Below, piece after piece: positions 41,697-51,639 of a stretch of DNA of 64,000 nt. The stretch is from Alphaproteobacteria bacterium. Lineage in GTDB: Bacteria > Pseudomonadota > Alphaproteobacteria > SP197. Position 1 is the stretch's first letter, and each line of letters opens with the position of its first letter. The notes below the pieces were generated by a model that saw only the letters and a program-made list of their open reading frames with translations, was not told the DNA's origin and ran no database searches. The position numbers were made by a program, and so were the translations under genes. The stretch spans positions 1,120,001 to 1,184,000 of the forward strand of contig OZ219917.1 of assembly GCA_964291415.2 (NCBI GenBank), written 5' to 3'.

Positions 41697-42696
41697 CGAC
41701 CGGGTGAATCACGACATCCTGATGGGACTGGTGGCCAAGTGCGTGGCCGACAGATGCCTGCTCAGGCTCATCTGCGGCTTCCTGACCGCGGGGGTTCTGG
41801 AAGGCGGTGGTCGGTCCAAGCACCAAGAAGACGCCGCAGGGTGGTCCATTCTCGCCCTTGCTGTCGAATTGGATGCTCGACGTTCTGGACAAGGAACCGG
41901 AGAAGCGTGGCCACGCTTCGTGTGCTACGCCGACAGCTGCAGCATCTACGTGGGGTCCCGGCCGGCGTGCGAGCGGGTCATGGCAAGCGTGACGAGGTTC
42001 CTCGCCCGGCGGCTGAAGCTGAAGGTCAATGCAGATAAGAGCGTGGTAGATTGCCCGTCGGCGCGGGCCTTCCTGGGCTTCAGCTTTACCGCTGCGCGGG
42101 CAACGAAGCGGCGGATCGCGCCGCAGGCGCTCGCCCGGGTCAAGACACGGGTCCGGGAGATGACGCGCTGCACCAAGAGTGCCAGCCCTGTTCGTCTTGT
42201 CGCGGAACTCTCCCGCTACCTCATCGGGTGGCGGGGCTACTTCGGCTTCTGCGAGACTCCCTCGGTGCTGCGCCGCCTCGACCAATGGGTCCGACGGAGG
42301 CTCCGCGCCATCATCTGCGACTGTGGAAGCGCGGACGCACCCGCTATGCGGCGCTGCGCCGCCATGGGCCGTGGGCACTGCCGGCGGTTTGAGCCGCCAG
42401 GTCCTTGCCCACGGCCCATGGCGAATCAGCGCCAGCCCTGCGCGCTGCTACGCGCTGCCCCACGCCTCTTTCACCAAGCTTGGCCTCGCGACCCTTGCGA
42501 GCCATGCTACCGCGCAAATCCATCGAACCGCCGTGTACGGACCCGTACGCACGGTGGTGTGGGAGGGGCGGAGCCGCGAGGCTCTCCCCTATCCCGATTT
42601 GCATCGTCCCTCGGACCGGCCGCCGAGCATTGTTCCAGCCGCGATCTACAGTCATCCTCCCGCTTTGCTGCGCTCCCTACGATTGAGGCCCGCACG

Positions 42697-44061
42697 ATGC
42701 TTCTCCCTCCGTTTCTCCGCGTCCTCGCGGCATCCTGCGTCCTGCTTCTGATCGCTCCAATCTGGAGTGTGGCCGACGACGTCCTTCCATCCCCCGCCGT
42801 CATCGAGGCCGATGCGCGGGCGCTTGCAGAGGCGGGTCGCTTCGAGGAGGCGTTAGGCCTCTTGCGGACCTTGGTTGGAGGCGGGACGGTGGAGGCTGGG
42901 ACGCTGTTTCTCTACGGCATGGCGGCGACCGGTGCCGCGCAGCGGCCCGGTCTCGCCGAGGCGGACCGCGATGCCCTGCTGGACGAGGCCATCGCCGCCT
43001 TCCACACGTTGCTGGTGGGACGGCCGGGCCTCGTGCGTGTGCGCCTGGAGCTGGCCCGCGCCTTCTTCCTGAAACGTGAGGACGGGCTGGCCCGACGGCA
43101 CTTTGAGCACGTACTGGCAGGCGACGTGCCCGAGGCGGTCAAGGAGAACGTGGGCCTTTTTCTCGCCGAAATCCGCGCGCGCGATCGCTGGAGCTTCAAT
43201 TTGGGTGTCGCGGTGGCACCCGACAGCAATATCAGCGGCGGTTCGGACGAACGCATCATCTACATCTACGGCTTGCCCTTCGAGCGGGATACCGAGGAGC
43301 TGACCACGTCCGGCATTGGCCTTTCCTTCTGGGGCGGCGCGGAGTACCAAGTGCCGGTCTCCGACCGGATTCGCGTCCGTGCCGGCGCGCAGGCCTCGCG
43401 GCGGGAGTACGAGCGTTCCGTCTTCGACCAGCACTTCGTCGCTCTCCATCTCGGCCCGCGCTGGCTTCTCGGCGAGGCGACGGACGCGAGCCTGCTGGCG
43501 AGCGGCCGGCAGAACTGGTCCGGCACCGCGCCCAACTACCGCGAGCTGGGCGCTCGCCTGGAAGTGACCCACCGGTTGAGTCCTCGCCTGACCACTTCTG
43601 CCCGGGCATCCTGGCACGACCGACGCTACCGCACCCGGACCCACCTGGATGGCCCGGTCTGGGATGCAACCCTGCGCGGTGCGTGGGTTGTCACGCCGAC
43701 GGTGCGGGCCGAGTTGTCCGGCGGCTATGCGCAGCAGCGGCCGAAGTTCCGGCGCGAGCGCCACCGCGGCCGGTGGCTCGGCACAGGCGTCAGCGTGGCC
43801 CTGCCGCTGGGCTTCACGGTCGGCGGCAGTGCGGAGGTGCGCTGGACCGACTACGAGCCGGGCTGGTTCCCCTTCGTCGCCGATGGTGGCCCGCGTGAGG
43901 ACCGTACCCGGTCCTACAGGCTCAGCACCCACAATCGGGCCTTCACGCTCATCGGCTTCAGCCCGGAGTTGGCACTTGTCCACGAGACCCGCGACAGCAA
44001 CGCCCAGCTCCACGACTACCGCCGCACGTCGGGCGAACTGCGCTTCGTCCAGCAGTTCTGA
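42697..44061 (+). CDS. Slam/DUF560 outer-membrane protein (type XI secretion)
   Basis: Signal peptide, TPR VRVRLELARAFF, APDSNI barrel start, GFSP, SN...Y.R and terminal F. Confidence 0.82.
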   Translation: MLLPPFLRVLAASCVLLLIAPIWSVADDVLPSPAVIEADARALAEAGRFEEALGLLRTLVGGGTVEAGTLFLYGMAATGAAQRPGLAEADRDALLDEAIAAFHTLLVGRPGLVRVRLELARAFFLKREDGLARRHFEHVLAGDVPEAVKENVGLFLAEIRARDRWSFNLGVAVAPDSNISGGSDERIIYIYGLPFERDTEELTTSGIGLSFWGGAEYQVPVSDRIRVRAGAQASRREYERSVFDQHFVALHLGPRWLLGEATDASLLASGRQNWSGTAPNYRELGARLEVTHRLSPRLTTSARASWHDRRYRTRTHLDGPVWDATLRGAWVVTPTVRAELSGGYAQQRPKFRRERHRGRWLGTGVSVALPLGFTVGGSAEVRWTDYEPGWFPFVADGGPREDRTRSYRLSTHNRAFTLIGFSPELALVHETRDSNAQLHDYRRTSGELRFVQQF

Positions 44062-44452
44062 ACGAACGGACCTCCGCCTCTTCCGCCGTTCTTGGTGCGA
44101 CCTGCCGGGACCGAGAGCCGGGCATCGCCCTCTTCCACCCGCAGAGGCTGGGCGAGCGTCACCGCAGCATTCCCTTTGCGCCGGGGCCGGTCGGGTGGAG
44201 TGCATGGCTGGTCCCAAGCGGCGACACGCCGGCGATGATGCCGTCCTCTGCGCAGGTGTGGACGACGCCGACTGCCGCCCAGCCGAGCGTGCCGTCGCGT
44301 AGAGCATTGGAGAGGCCCAGAGCCCAGTGTGCCGGTTGACGCACGGCCGACTTGGTCACCAGCAGGCGAACGCCTGGCCCACCCCTTGACATTCACATGG
44401 CGAAAATCCGAAGTATCCGTGGAACCCAAACCAAGGGTGTGAAGGAATTCAA

Positions 44453-45646
44453 ATGCCGCGGCGGCTGGATCTTGCAGCGCTTCTTTCGGGATGTGCCGAC
44501 GACTCGTTCGACGACGGCATTCGCATCGACAGCGATCTCGAACCTCTCGCCGGTCCCGGCGGCGCGATCAAGCCGGCGGTTTACGAATACGGAGCCTATC
44601 AGTTCGACCGGCGGTGGGCCTCTCCCGACGACGGCGAGCCGACACAGGTCATCGTCATCGACAACGTGCCGTCGCAGGCGAACAGGCTCGAGGAAGCCCT
44701 GAGACGGAGCCGCGAGTCGACGTCGATTCCGGAGTTCGTTCTCGACCTCTCGACGCTGCCCCGTCTTCCCGTGCACCTGCCCCGGTCCCTGTCGAGTCTC
44801 CAGTTCCCGCACCGCAATGCGGACGCCTATCTTCGCGACTCGCAACTGGAAGGAGAGGATTTTCTCAAGACCGAGGTCGGCCGGGCGATCTTCGGCGCAA
44901 CGGCCGAGACCTGCGGGCCCTTGATGTCATGGTTCCCGCAGGCGCTGCTCTATGGGTTCTGGCAGTCCCACCTCGGCAAGAAGCGGCAAAACACCAGGCA
45001 CGCACGCGCGTGGGTGTCCGAGATTGTCGGCTGGCGGCCCGCCGCGACCCAGACAAGGATGCTCGGGCTGAAGGGAGACGCTCTCAATCTCAACACCAAC
45101 GACGTCGTGACCTCCAATCCTGACGATCGCACGGCATGGGAGGTCGGCAAGGGCGCGAGAATTGCGGGTGCGAAGAGTGAGAGGCTCTCCGAGATCGGTC
45201 ACGGGCAGGTGGCCGTCTCGGGAGCCGACGCCCGACCGGCGGCGGTCTCCTTCGCGCGCGTGACGCAGCGCGCGACGGTGTCCTTTGCCCAGCTCCGGCG
45301 CGTCAGTCTGGGGGGCGAGTCCGGCGGGGCGGACGCGGCCGCTCGGGCTTTGCTGGTGGCGCTCGGGCTGCACGCCCACCAGCTCGCTTTCGGCAGGGGA
45401 TTCGCCCTGCGTTCCGGCGCCGAGCTTCGACCCCGGTCGACCACCGCGACGTGGCTTGGTGCTACGGGCGACGAGACGATCGATCTCGGTGGGGCCGAGA
45501 CGACGCTGGCACTTCTCGAAGCGGCCAGGGAACATGCCGCATCCCGGGAGGTGCCGCTCGACGGTTGGGGATTTCCCGCGACAGTGCTGACTCCGAAGAA
45601 GAACCTCAGCGCGGCGATTCGCTCGACCTGGCCCGAACTCGACTGA
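44453..45646 (+). CDS. csb1: Type I-G Cas7 (Csb1)
   Basis: IKPAVY, IDNVPSQANRLE, PHRNADAY, LLYGFWQS, GHGQV, LRSGAEL. Confidence 0.9.
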   Translation: MPRRLDLAALLSGCADDSFDDGIRIDSDLEPLAGPGGAIKPAVYEYGAYQFDRRWASPDDGEPTQVIVIDNVPSQANRLEEALRRSRESTSIPEFVLDLSTLPRLPVHLPRSLSSLQFPHRNADAYLRDSQLEGEDFLKTEVGRAIFGATAETCGPLMSWFPQALLYGFWQSHLGKKRQNTRHARAWVSEIVGWRPAATQTRMLGLKGDALNLNTNDVVTSNPDDRTAWEVGKGARIAGAKSERLSEIGHGQVAVSGADARPAAVSFARVTQRATVSFAQLRRVSLGGESGGADAAARALLVALGLHAHQLAFGRGFALRSGAELRPRSTTATWLGATGDETIDLGGAETTLALLEAAREHAASREVPLDGWGFPATVLTPKKNLSAAIRSTWPELD

Positions 45647-47046
45647 TGCTGGCGATCAGCGTCGAGTTCCTGCACGGGACCTTCCGCGGCGACCCGGACG
45701 GCACCGCGCTCACCGGAGGGCTGACCCGGGGAGAGTGGCCACCGTCGCCGGCACGGCTCTTCGCCGCCCTGGTGGCGGCCGACGGGACCCGGCAGGCGTC
45801 ACGGATGACGGACGGTCACGAACTGATCTGGCTCGAAGAACTTCCCGCACCGGCGATTCACGCCCAGCGCGAACCCTGCCATCAGAAGCTCCGTCCGCGC
45901 TTTGTCGCAGCGCAGCGCAGTCGTCCCGCCAAGGCCGCGTACCAGGAGTATCCCGCACGAGAGGCAGCCCTCCAGCGACCGGGCGTGCGGGTCGCCCTGC
46001 GCAACCCTCTCGTGGTGTACCGGTGGAATGTGGAACCGCCGGACGAAAGGACCTTCAAGTCGCTGATCCATCGCGCCGCGCGCGTGGGATACCTGGGCAC
46101 ATCCGACTCCCCCGTCCGCATCCGCGTGGCGACCGAGATGCCGCGCGATGCCGAGAGCGAGGTCTGCGTTCCGGATCCTGAAGGCAACCTGCGCATCCGC
46201 GTCCCTCGGCCGGGCGATGTCGCCGTGCTGGACCGCATGTTCGACGTCTGGCAGGAGCGGGGGGCATCGGTGACCCGCTCCCAGTTCCCTCAACTTCTCC
46301 ATTGGCAGACGTACCGGTCGCCTGGCGGTTGCGATGCTGTGGAGAGCGGAGACGTGGTGGCCTGGCTGCGCCTGAGCCCGGCCCTCACCGGCAGGCGGAT
46401 TTCCTCGTTGACCGCGCTCTTCAAGGCCGCCCTTCTCGACCGTCATCAGCGCATGTACGGCGATCCGCCCGCCGTGCTGCACGGTCATGGATTCAAGGAA
46501 AGGGGATACGATCTCGCCCGCTACCTGGCGCTGCCGGACATCGGCATGCCGCGCTCGCGCGGCCGCATTCATGGTCTCGCCCTGTGGCTGCCGCCGGGAG
46601 TCGACCGCGAACAGCAACGCAAGGCCCGCGATGCGGCGTTTGCCATCGACGTGCTCGTCGGTCGAGGCATCGAAGTATCCGTGGAACCGCGCGGGGATGA
46701 AGAACGCCTCTGGGCCGCCAATCCGCAGCGCTGGCGTGGACCGTCGTCGACCTGGGTCACGGCGTTCCCCGTGATCCACGAAAGGAGGGGCGTTCCCGGC
46801 CTCCCGGAAGCGGCCCGATGGTGCCGTCACGCCGGCCTGCCCGATCCGGTTGCCTTCCAGTCGTCGCGCGCGCCGCTTCTTCCCGGCGCGATCGATCTTG
46901 CGCCGTCGGAAGTCAACCGGCCCGAGCGGCCCGCGCTCCCGTATTCTCACGCCGAGTTCCGCTTCGCGGAGCCCGTGAGCGGGCCAGTCGTTGTCGGCGC
47001 CGGGCGGCAGCGCGGTTTCGGCCTCTGCGTGCCGATTGATGGCTGA
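45646..47046 (+). CDS. csb2: Type I-G Cas5/6 fusion (Csb2)
   Basis: EWPPSPARLFAALVA, YLGTSDS, GPVVVGAGRQRGFGLC glycine-rich loop. Confidence 0.9.
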   Translation: MLAISVEFLHGTFRGDPDGTALTGGLTRGEWPPSPARLFAALVAADGTRQASRMTDGHELIWLEELPAPAIHAQREPCHQKLRPRFVAAQRSRPAKAAYQEYPAREAALQRPGVRVALRNPLVVYRWNVEPPDERTFKSLIHRAARVGYLGTSDSPVRIRVATEMPRDAESEVCVPDPEGNLRIRVPRPGDVAVLDRMFDVWQERGASVTRSQFPQLLHWQTYRSPGGCDAVESGDVVAWLRLSPALTGRRISSLTALFKAALLDRHQRMYGDPPAVLHGHGFKERGYDLARYLALPDIGMPRSRGRIHGLALWLPPGVDREQQRKARDAAFAIDVLVGRGIEVSVEPRGDEERLWAANPQRWRGPSSTWVTAFPVIHERRGVPGLPEAARWCRHAGLPDPVAFQSSRAPLLPGAIDLAPSEVNRPERPALPYSHAEFRFAEPVSGPVVVGAGRQRGFGLCVPIDG

Positions 47047-49866
47047 CACAACGCCCACATCCGGCAGCGGAGTACGGTCGGTCACCGCGCAGCGGATTCC
47101 TCCGTCGCCCACATTCACCGAATTCTACCGAGCCATCAACGGGCGCGATCCGTTCCCCTGGCAGGCGCGCCTTGCCGACTGCGTCGTGGAGAGCGAGCGG
47201 TGGCCGCCGGTGATCGGCATACCGACCGGTCTCGGCAAGACGGCCTGCCTCGATATCGCGGTGTGGTGGCTGTCGACCCAGGCGGACCGCGTGCCGGCGC
47301 GTCGCAGTGCGCCAACGCGAGTCTGGTGGGTCGTTAACCGGCACCTCCTCGTGGACTCGACGGCCGGGCACGCGAGAGACATGGCACGCGCGCTCCACGA
47401 TCCTGTCGGCGCGGGGATGGATGCCGCCGGGTGCGATGTTGCCAGGCGCGTCGCTGAACGGCTTCGTTCACTGTGGGTCGATCCCGCCGCGCCCCGCTGG
47501 ACGTGATCAGCCTTCGGGGCGGCATCGCCTCGCGCGCTCCCACGGACCCGGCGCGGCCGACCGTCATCCTGTGCACGCTGGCAACGTACGGCTCTCGCCT
47601 TCTGTTCCGGGGTTACGGGTCCAGTCGGCCGTCCGTCGACGCCGCGATGGCCGGTACCGACAGCCTGGTGCTGCTGGACGAGGCGCATCCCGGGGTACAC
47701 CTGAGAACACTGATCCCTGCCCTTGCCGCCTGCAGTCCCGCAGCGCGGGACCTGCTCGGTGCGAACCGGGCCCGGCCAACGGTTGTTGCGTTGACGGCCA
47801 CCGGGGATGTCGCGCAAGACGACAGGTTCGAACTGGATGGCGAAGACGAGACGCACCCGGAGGTCCGCCGACGACTGGACGCTGTGAAACCGCTCGACGT
47901 GGATGTGGTTGACGGAAGGACGGCAAAACGCCTTGCCGGGGCGGCTGTAGCGCTCGTGCAGCGGGCGCCCGCGCTGGCTGCAAGTCTCGTGTTCGCCAAC
48001 ACCCCGACGACGGCGCGCGAGACGCTCGATCGCTTGCGCCATGCGCTTCCGGATGCGGAGATCCTGCTTCTCACGGGACTCGCGCGCGAACGCGAGGCAG
48101 CGCGGCTTCGTGCCCGCGTGCTTGATCCGGAACACGGGATGGCCACGGCGCGTCCCGCCGACGCACCGCGCCGGCATCACCTGATCGTCGTGGCGACGCA
48201 GACCCTGGAAGCGGGAGCCGACATCGACGCTGAATACCTCGTCACGGAGGGGTGCAGCGTGCGTGCGCTCACGCAACGGCTGGGCCGCCTGAATCGACTC
48301 GGGCGGTTCCCGCATGCGCGTGCAACCTACGTTCATGTCCTGCCATCCGGGTCTCGCAGGGCAAGCGCATCCGACACGGACTTCGACGACTGGCCGGCGT
48401 ACGGACGGGAGCCAGCCATTGTGCTCGAGCGGTTGCAGAAGTCGCATGCCGGCGGCGGAGCCGGAACCATCGGACTCTCTCCACGGTCCATGGCCTCGGT
48501 ACTGGGACCACCGCTCGACCATCCAGGCCGTGCGCCGGAGGTCCTTCCCGGCCTGTTGTGGGAATGGACGAAAACGACAGAGCCTCCCGAGGACGAGGCA
48601 CCGGTGGAACCCTATTTCGTCGGCATCGCCAGCCCGCGGCTTTCGGTGACCGTGTTCTGGCGTGCGCATGTCCCGGATTCCGGCAGGCGGTTGTGGCCGC
48701 GAGCCACGGACCGCGAAACCATCGAGGTGTCATTCACAAGAGCGCGCGAAGCGCTGAGCGAAGGAGTGATCCGCCGGCTGGCCTCGGACGGCGTCACGGT
48801 AGAGGCAGTGTCCGCAGGCGACCTGCGTCCCGGGGACCGGATCGTCATCGCCAGTGACGCGGGACACATGGACCGGTTCGGGTGGAATCCGGGAGCCTGC
48901 GGCCCCGTCGTTGATGCCTCGCTCGCTGGCTTGGGTCTGCCGCTTGATGCCGTCGCCATCCGGCGCCTGTGCGGCGTGGATATCGGTGGACTCGTAGACA
49001 CCGCCCTGGGGATCACCGCCGACGGTCGCGAAATCGACGAGACGGAACGGTCGGAAGCGATCACGGACATCCTTGCCGCACTCAGGAACGCGCCGGTGCC
49101 GGAGGGATGGCAGGAGGCAGAGTGGACCGGGTTTGTCGGCAGCCTTCGCCCGCAGGTTCTCAGACCTTGCGACGAAGTACCTCGCCTGATGGTCGAACAG
49201 CCGCGTGACGAGACATTGAACGATGAGTTTGACGAACGTTCTTTGTGTCATGTCGCGATCGAACTGGATCAGCATGGTCACACTGTCGGGGCTCGCGCAA
49301 GCAGGGTGGCCGAACGGATTGGCCTGCCCGATAGTTTACGGGAAGTGGTCGAGCATGCCGCGAAACTGCACGACATCGGCAAGGCCGATGCGCGATTTCA
49401 GCGGTGGCTCGACCCGCGGCGCGAGAATGGTCCGCCGCTCGCGAAATCGGACGTTCCAAGTCACCGCTGGGAAAGGATGCGGCTTTCGTCCGGCTGGCCC
49501 ATAGGAGGACGTCACGAGGAGCTCTCCGCTCGGCTGGTGCGTGCATGGTTGGCGTCGACACCCGAGTGGGGCACCCCGCTTCAACGCGACCTGCTGGTGC
49601 ATCTGGTGATCAGCCATCACGGAAAGGGCCGCCCGCTGGTGCCGCCGGCGACCGATGGTACGGCCTGCACCGTGAGCGCCGTCGTGTCAGGAGTATCGGT
49701 GACGGCAAGCGCGGATCTCGCGATGATCGACTGGGAGCAGCCTGGCCGCTTCCGGAAGCTGCAGGCGCAATTTGGGCCGTGGGGACTGTCACTCCTGGAA
49801 GCCATCGTCATCCGGGCCGATCACGCCGTCTTGGCCGGAGTGGATGGAACACCGAAGGACTCCTGA
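47039..49866 (+). pseudogene. cas3: Type I-G Cas3 (helicase + C-terminal HD), one frameshift near 47492-47495
   Basis: PFPWQ, PTGLGKT, DEAH, ATQTLEAGADID, QRLGRLNR, HDIGK..RHE..SHHG. Confidence 0.88.
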
Positions 49867-50762
49867 TGCACACGTTCAACTGCCCAGGGCTTCCCGCATC
49901 TTGGGTCAATGGCTGGCTCGCAGGAATCGGCGCTACGGTGCTCGATCGCCGCATCCGGCTGCATTGGACCGCAGAGGATGCGCCCGTGGCGGTGCTCTCG
50001 TCAGCCGAACTCAACCCAGTCGACGCACTGGTCGAATCCTGGCCTGACGAAGCGTTTCTGTACGACCTGCCGATCGCCAAGGAGTGGGGTGACGCGGGCG
50101 AACTGGGGCGAAACGTGCCGGTTGAACAGTTTGTTGAACGTGCGTGCGCGGCGCGCGGCCACCCGCATGCCTGGACGCTCTCCTCGACCATGACTGACTT
50201 GAGCATCGATCGGAACGGTGAGGTCGCCCATGCCCCGTTCGACCCTCCTGTCCCCAGGGGATTCTCGATTCATGAACGACTGCTCAAGGTGCACAACGAA
50301 GCAACGCCAGTGTCGAGAGGGCTCCTGCAAGACTCCCTTTTGGGTCTGGGAGAACGCGTCAGGGGAAACGGTCTGGGATTCGACTGCACACGGGTGGGTT
50401 CGCTCGCCGACATGTCGGACAAGTGGATCGAACCCGTCGTCGAGTTGCTGGCGTTCTTCGGCCTGGCGGAGTTTCCGCTCCGAGGCTGGGGAGTGGACCG
50501 TCGGCCCAATCACCACCTCAACCCTGACGAGCGGCAGCGCGGGTGGCGGAAGGTCATGGATAGCGAAGAGCGACGATTTGTCTGGCCTGCTTGGCGACAA
50601 CCTCTGGATGCCGCAGGTATCGACGCGCTGCTCGACGTCTGGAAACCCTGGCGCAAAGAATCCTGGCCGCCCCTTGGTGTCCACGTCGCGTGGCAGAGCG
50701 TGCGATACCAGCGCAGGGGTTCGGCGGATCCCACCAGAGCTATCGGAGCGGCGTCGCTTTGA
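49866..50762 (+). CDS. Type I-G large subunit (Csb3/Cas8g-like)
   Basis: GWLAGIG, LGFD, ELLAFFGL, FVWPAW.QPL; translationally coupled to cas3. Confidence 0.75.
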   Translation: MHTFNCPGLPASWVNGWLAGIGATVLDRRIRLHWTAEDAPVAVLSSAELNPVDALVESWPDEAFLYDLPIAKEWGDAGELGRNVPVEQFVERACAARGHPHAWTLSSTMTDLSIDRNGEVAHAPFDPPVPRGFSIHERLLKVHNEATPVSRGLLQDSLLGLGERVRGNGLGFDCTRVGSLADMSDKWIEPVVELLAFFGLAEFPLRGWGVDRRPNHHLNPDERQRGWRKVMDSEERRFVWPAWRQPLDAAGIDALLDVWKPWRKESWPPLGVHVAWQSVRYQRRGSADPTRAIGAASL

Positions 50763-50975
50763 CGCACCAACCCGTCATTCCAGTCTTCGTGAGCGAGCAC
50801 GTCGTCTACTGTCCACGACACAGTGTACGCTGATCCACCGACAATGGCGTCTGGACCGACAACGCTCACACTGCTACAAGGCCAGCATGAGGCATTATGG
50901 TAACCTTCTCGTCATTCCGATGACTGAAGTGGGACGCGGTTGCCCCTAACTGACCGCAATTCGCCGTGAGTGGCA

Positions 50976-51304
50976 GTGTCGCCGGGGTGTCAATCCTGGC
51001 CTTCGTTGAGCGCCTATCAGCAGCTTGAACTGTGATGAGTACGTTCGTTTGTGTCGCTAGGGCTTCGACCCTGGCCTTTATTGAGCGCCGCGGTTGGGCA
51101 GCATGACATGGAGGCACTGCTGAGTGTCGCCGAAGATCGGACTTTGGTCGGGCCAAGCCATACAGCCGCCAGCTTTTGTCGAGCTCCAGCACCGACCTGT
51201 GTCGGGCGGAGTTCAGCCGTGCCACTCCAAGCCAGCGTCGCCTTTGCTGTTGCAAGTTCCCCGGCTGCAAGCGTGTCATCGCCGTACGGCTCGATCACAG
51301 AGCG
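50976..51304 (+). CRISPR. Degenerate type I-G mini-array (2 clear + 3 decayed repeats)
   Basis: 37-bp GTGTCGCCGGGGTGTCAATCCTGGCCTTCGTTGAGCG and GTGTCGCTAGGGCTTCGACCCTGGCCTTTATTGAGCG; GTGTC recurs at 50976, 51051, 51124, 51199, 51273. Confidence 0.78.
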
Positions 51305-51639
51305 CCATCATCGCCACTTCACAAGATGGCTCGTCATGGAGGCCAGCAACATGCGACAGAGCGCCGGGCGCTTCACCTTGATCAGCTTGATCCACTTCAC
51401 GTCCGCGTCCGACAGCGTCCAGGTGTCCTTGAAGGCAGCGCCCACCAATTATGAGCTGATCGGAACAGCGTAGTTGGCCTTGGAATTGAAGAGCGGGACT
51501 TAGTGGATCATGTTGACCGCCGTGCTCCTGTGCCTGATTCTCACCAACAAACTGAATCATAACACAAAAACGGATACGGCGGCACACTCTTCATGCAAGA
51601 TCCGGGCTAGTCGGCTAGAGGCAAGGCTACACTAGCCCT

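Larger units (their letters stand above)
38423..42520 (+). pseudogene. Intron-encoded reverse transcriptase/maturase, split and frameshifted
   Basis: NKGAPGIDG, RPLGVPTVLDRLIQQA, DLEKF|FDRVNHD, TPQGGP, YADS instead of YADD; end approximate. Confidence 0.88.
38016..42598 (+). mobile_element. Group IIC intron, interrupted and degenerate
   Basis: 5' GTGTG just after a terminator; 3' domain V/VI GAACCGCCGTGTACGGACCCGTACGCACGGTGGTGT...CTATCCCGAT. Confidence 0.88.

Noticed and set aside
41704-44061. Apparent RT-Slam fusion protein (785 aa)
   Set aside because: Chance read-through from the frameshifted RT across intron domains V/VI; Slam has its own signal peptide at 42697
50751-50860. Extra CRISPR repeats upstream of the array (GCGTCGCT at 50751, TTCGTGAGCG near 50790, GTGTAC at 50823)
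   Set aside because: Lengths and hairpins do not fit and the first overlaps the cas gene end; more likely leader
51423-51460. GTGTC two periods after the fifth repeat
   Set aside because: No hairpin and the intermediate repeat is missing; may be chance
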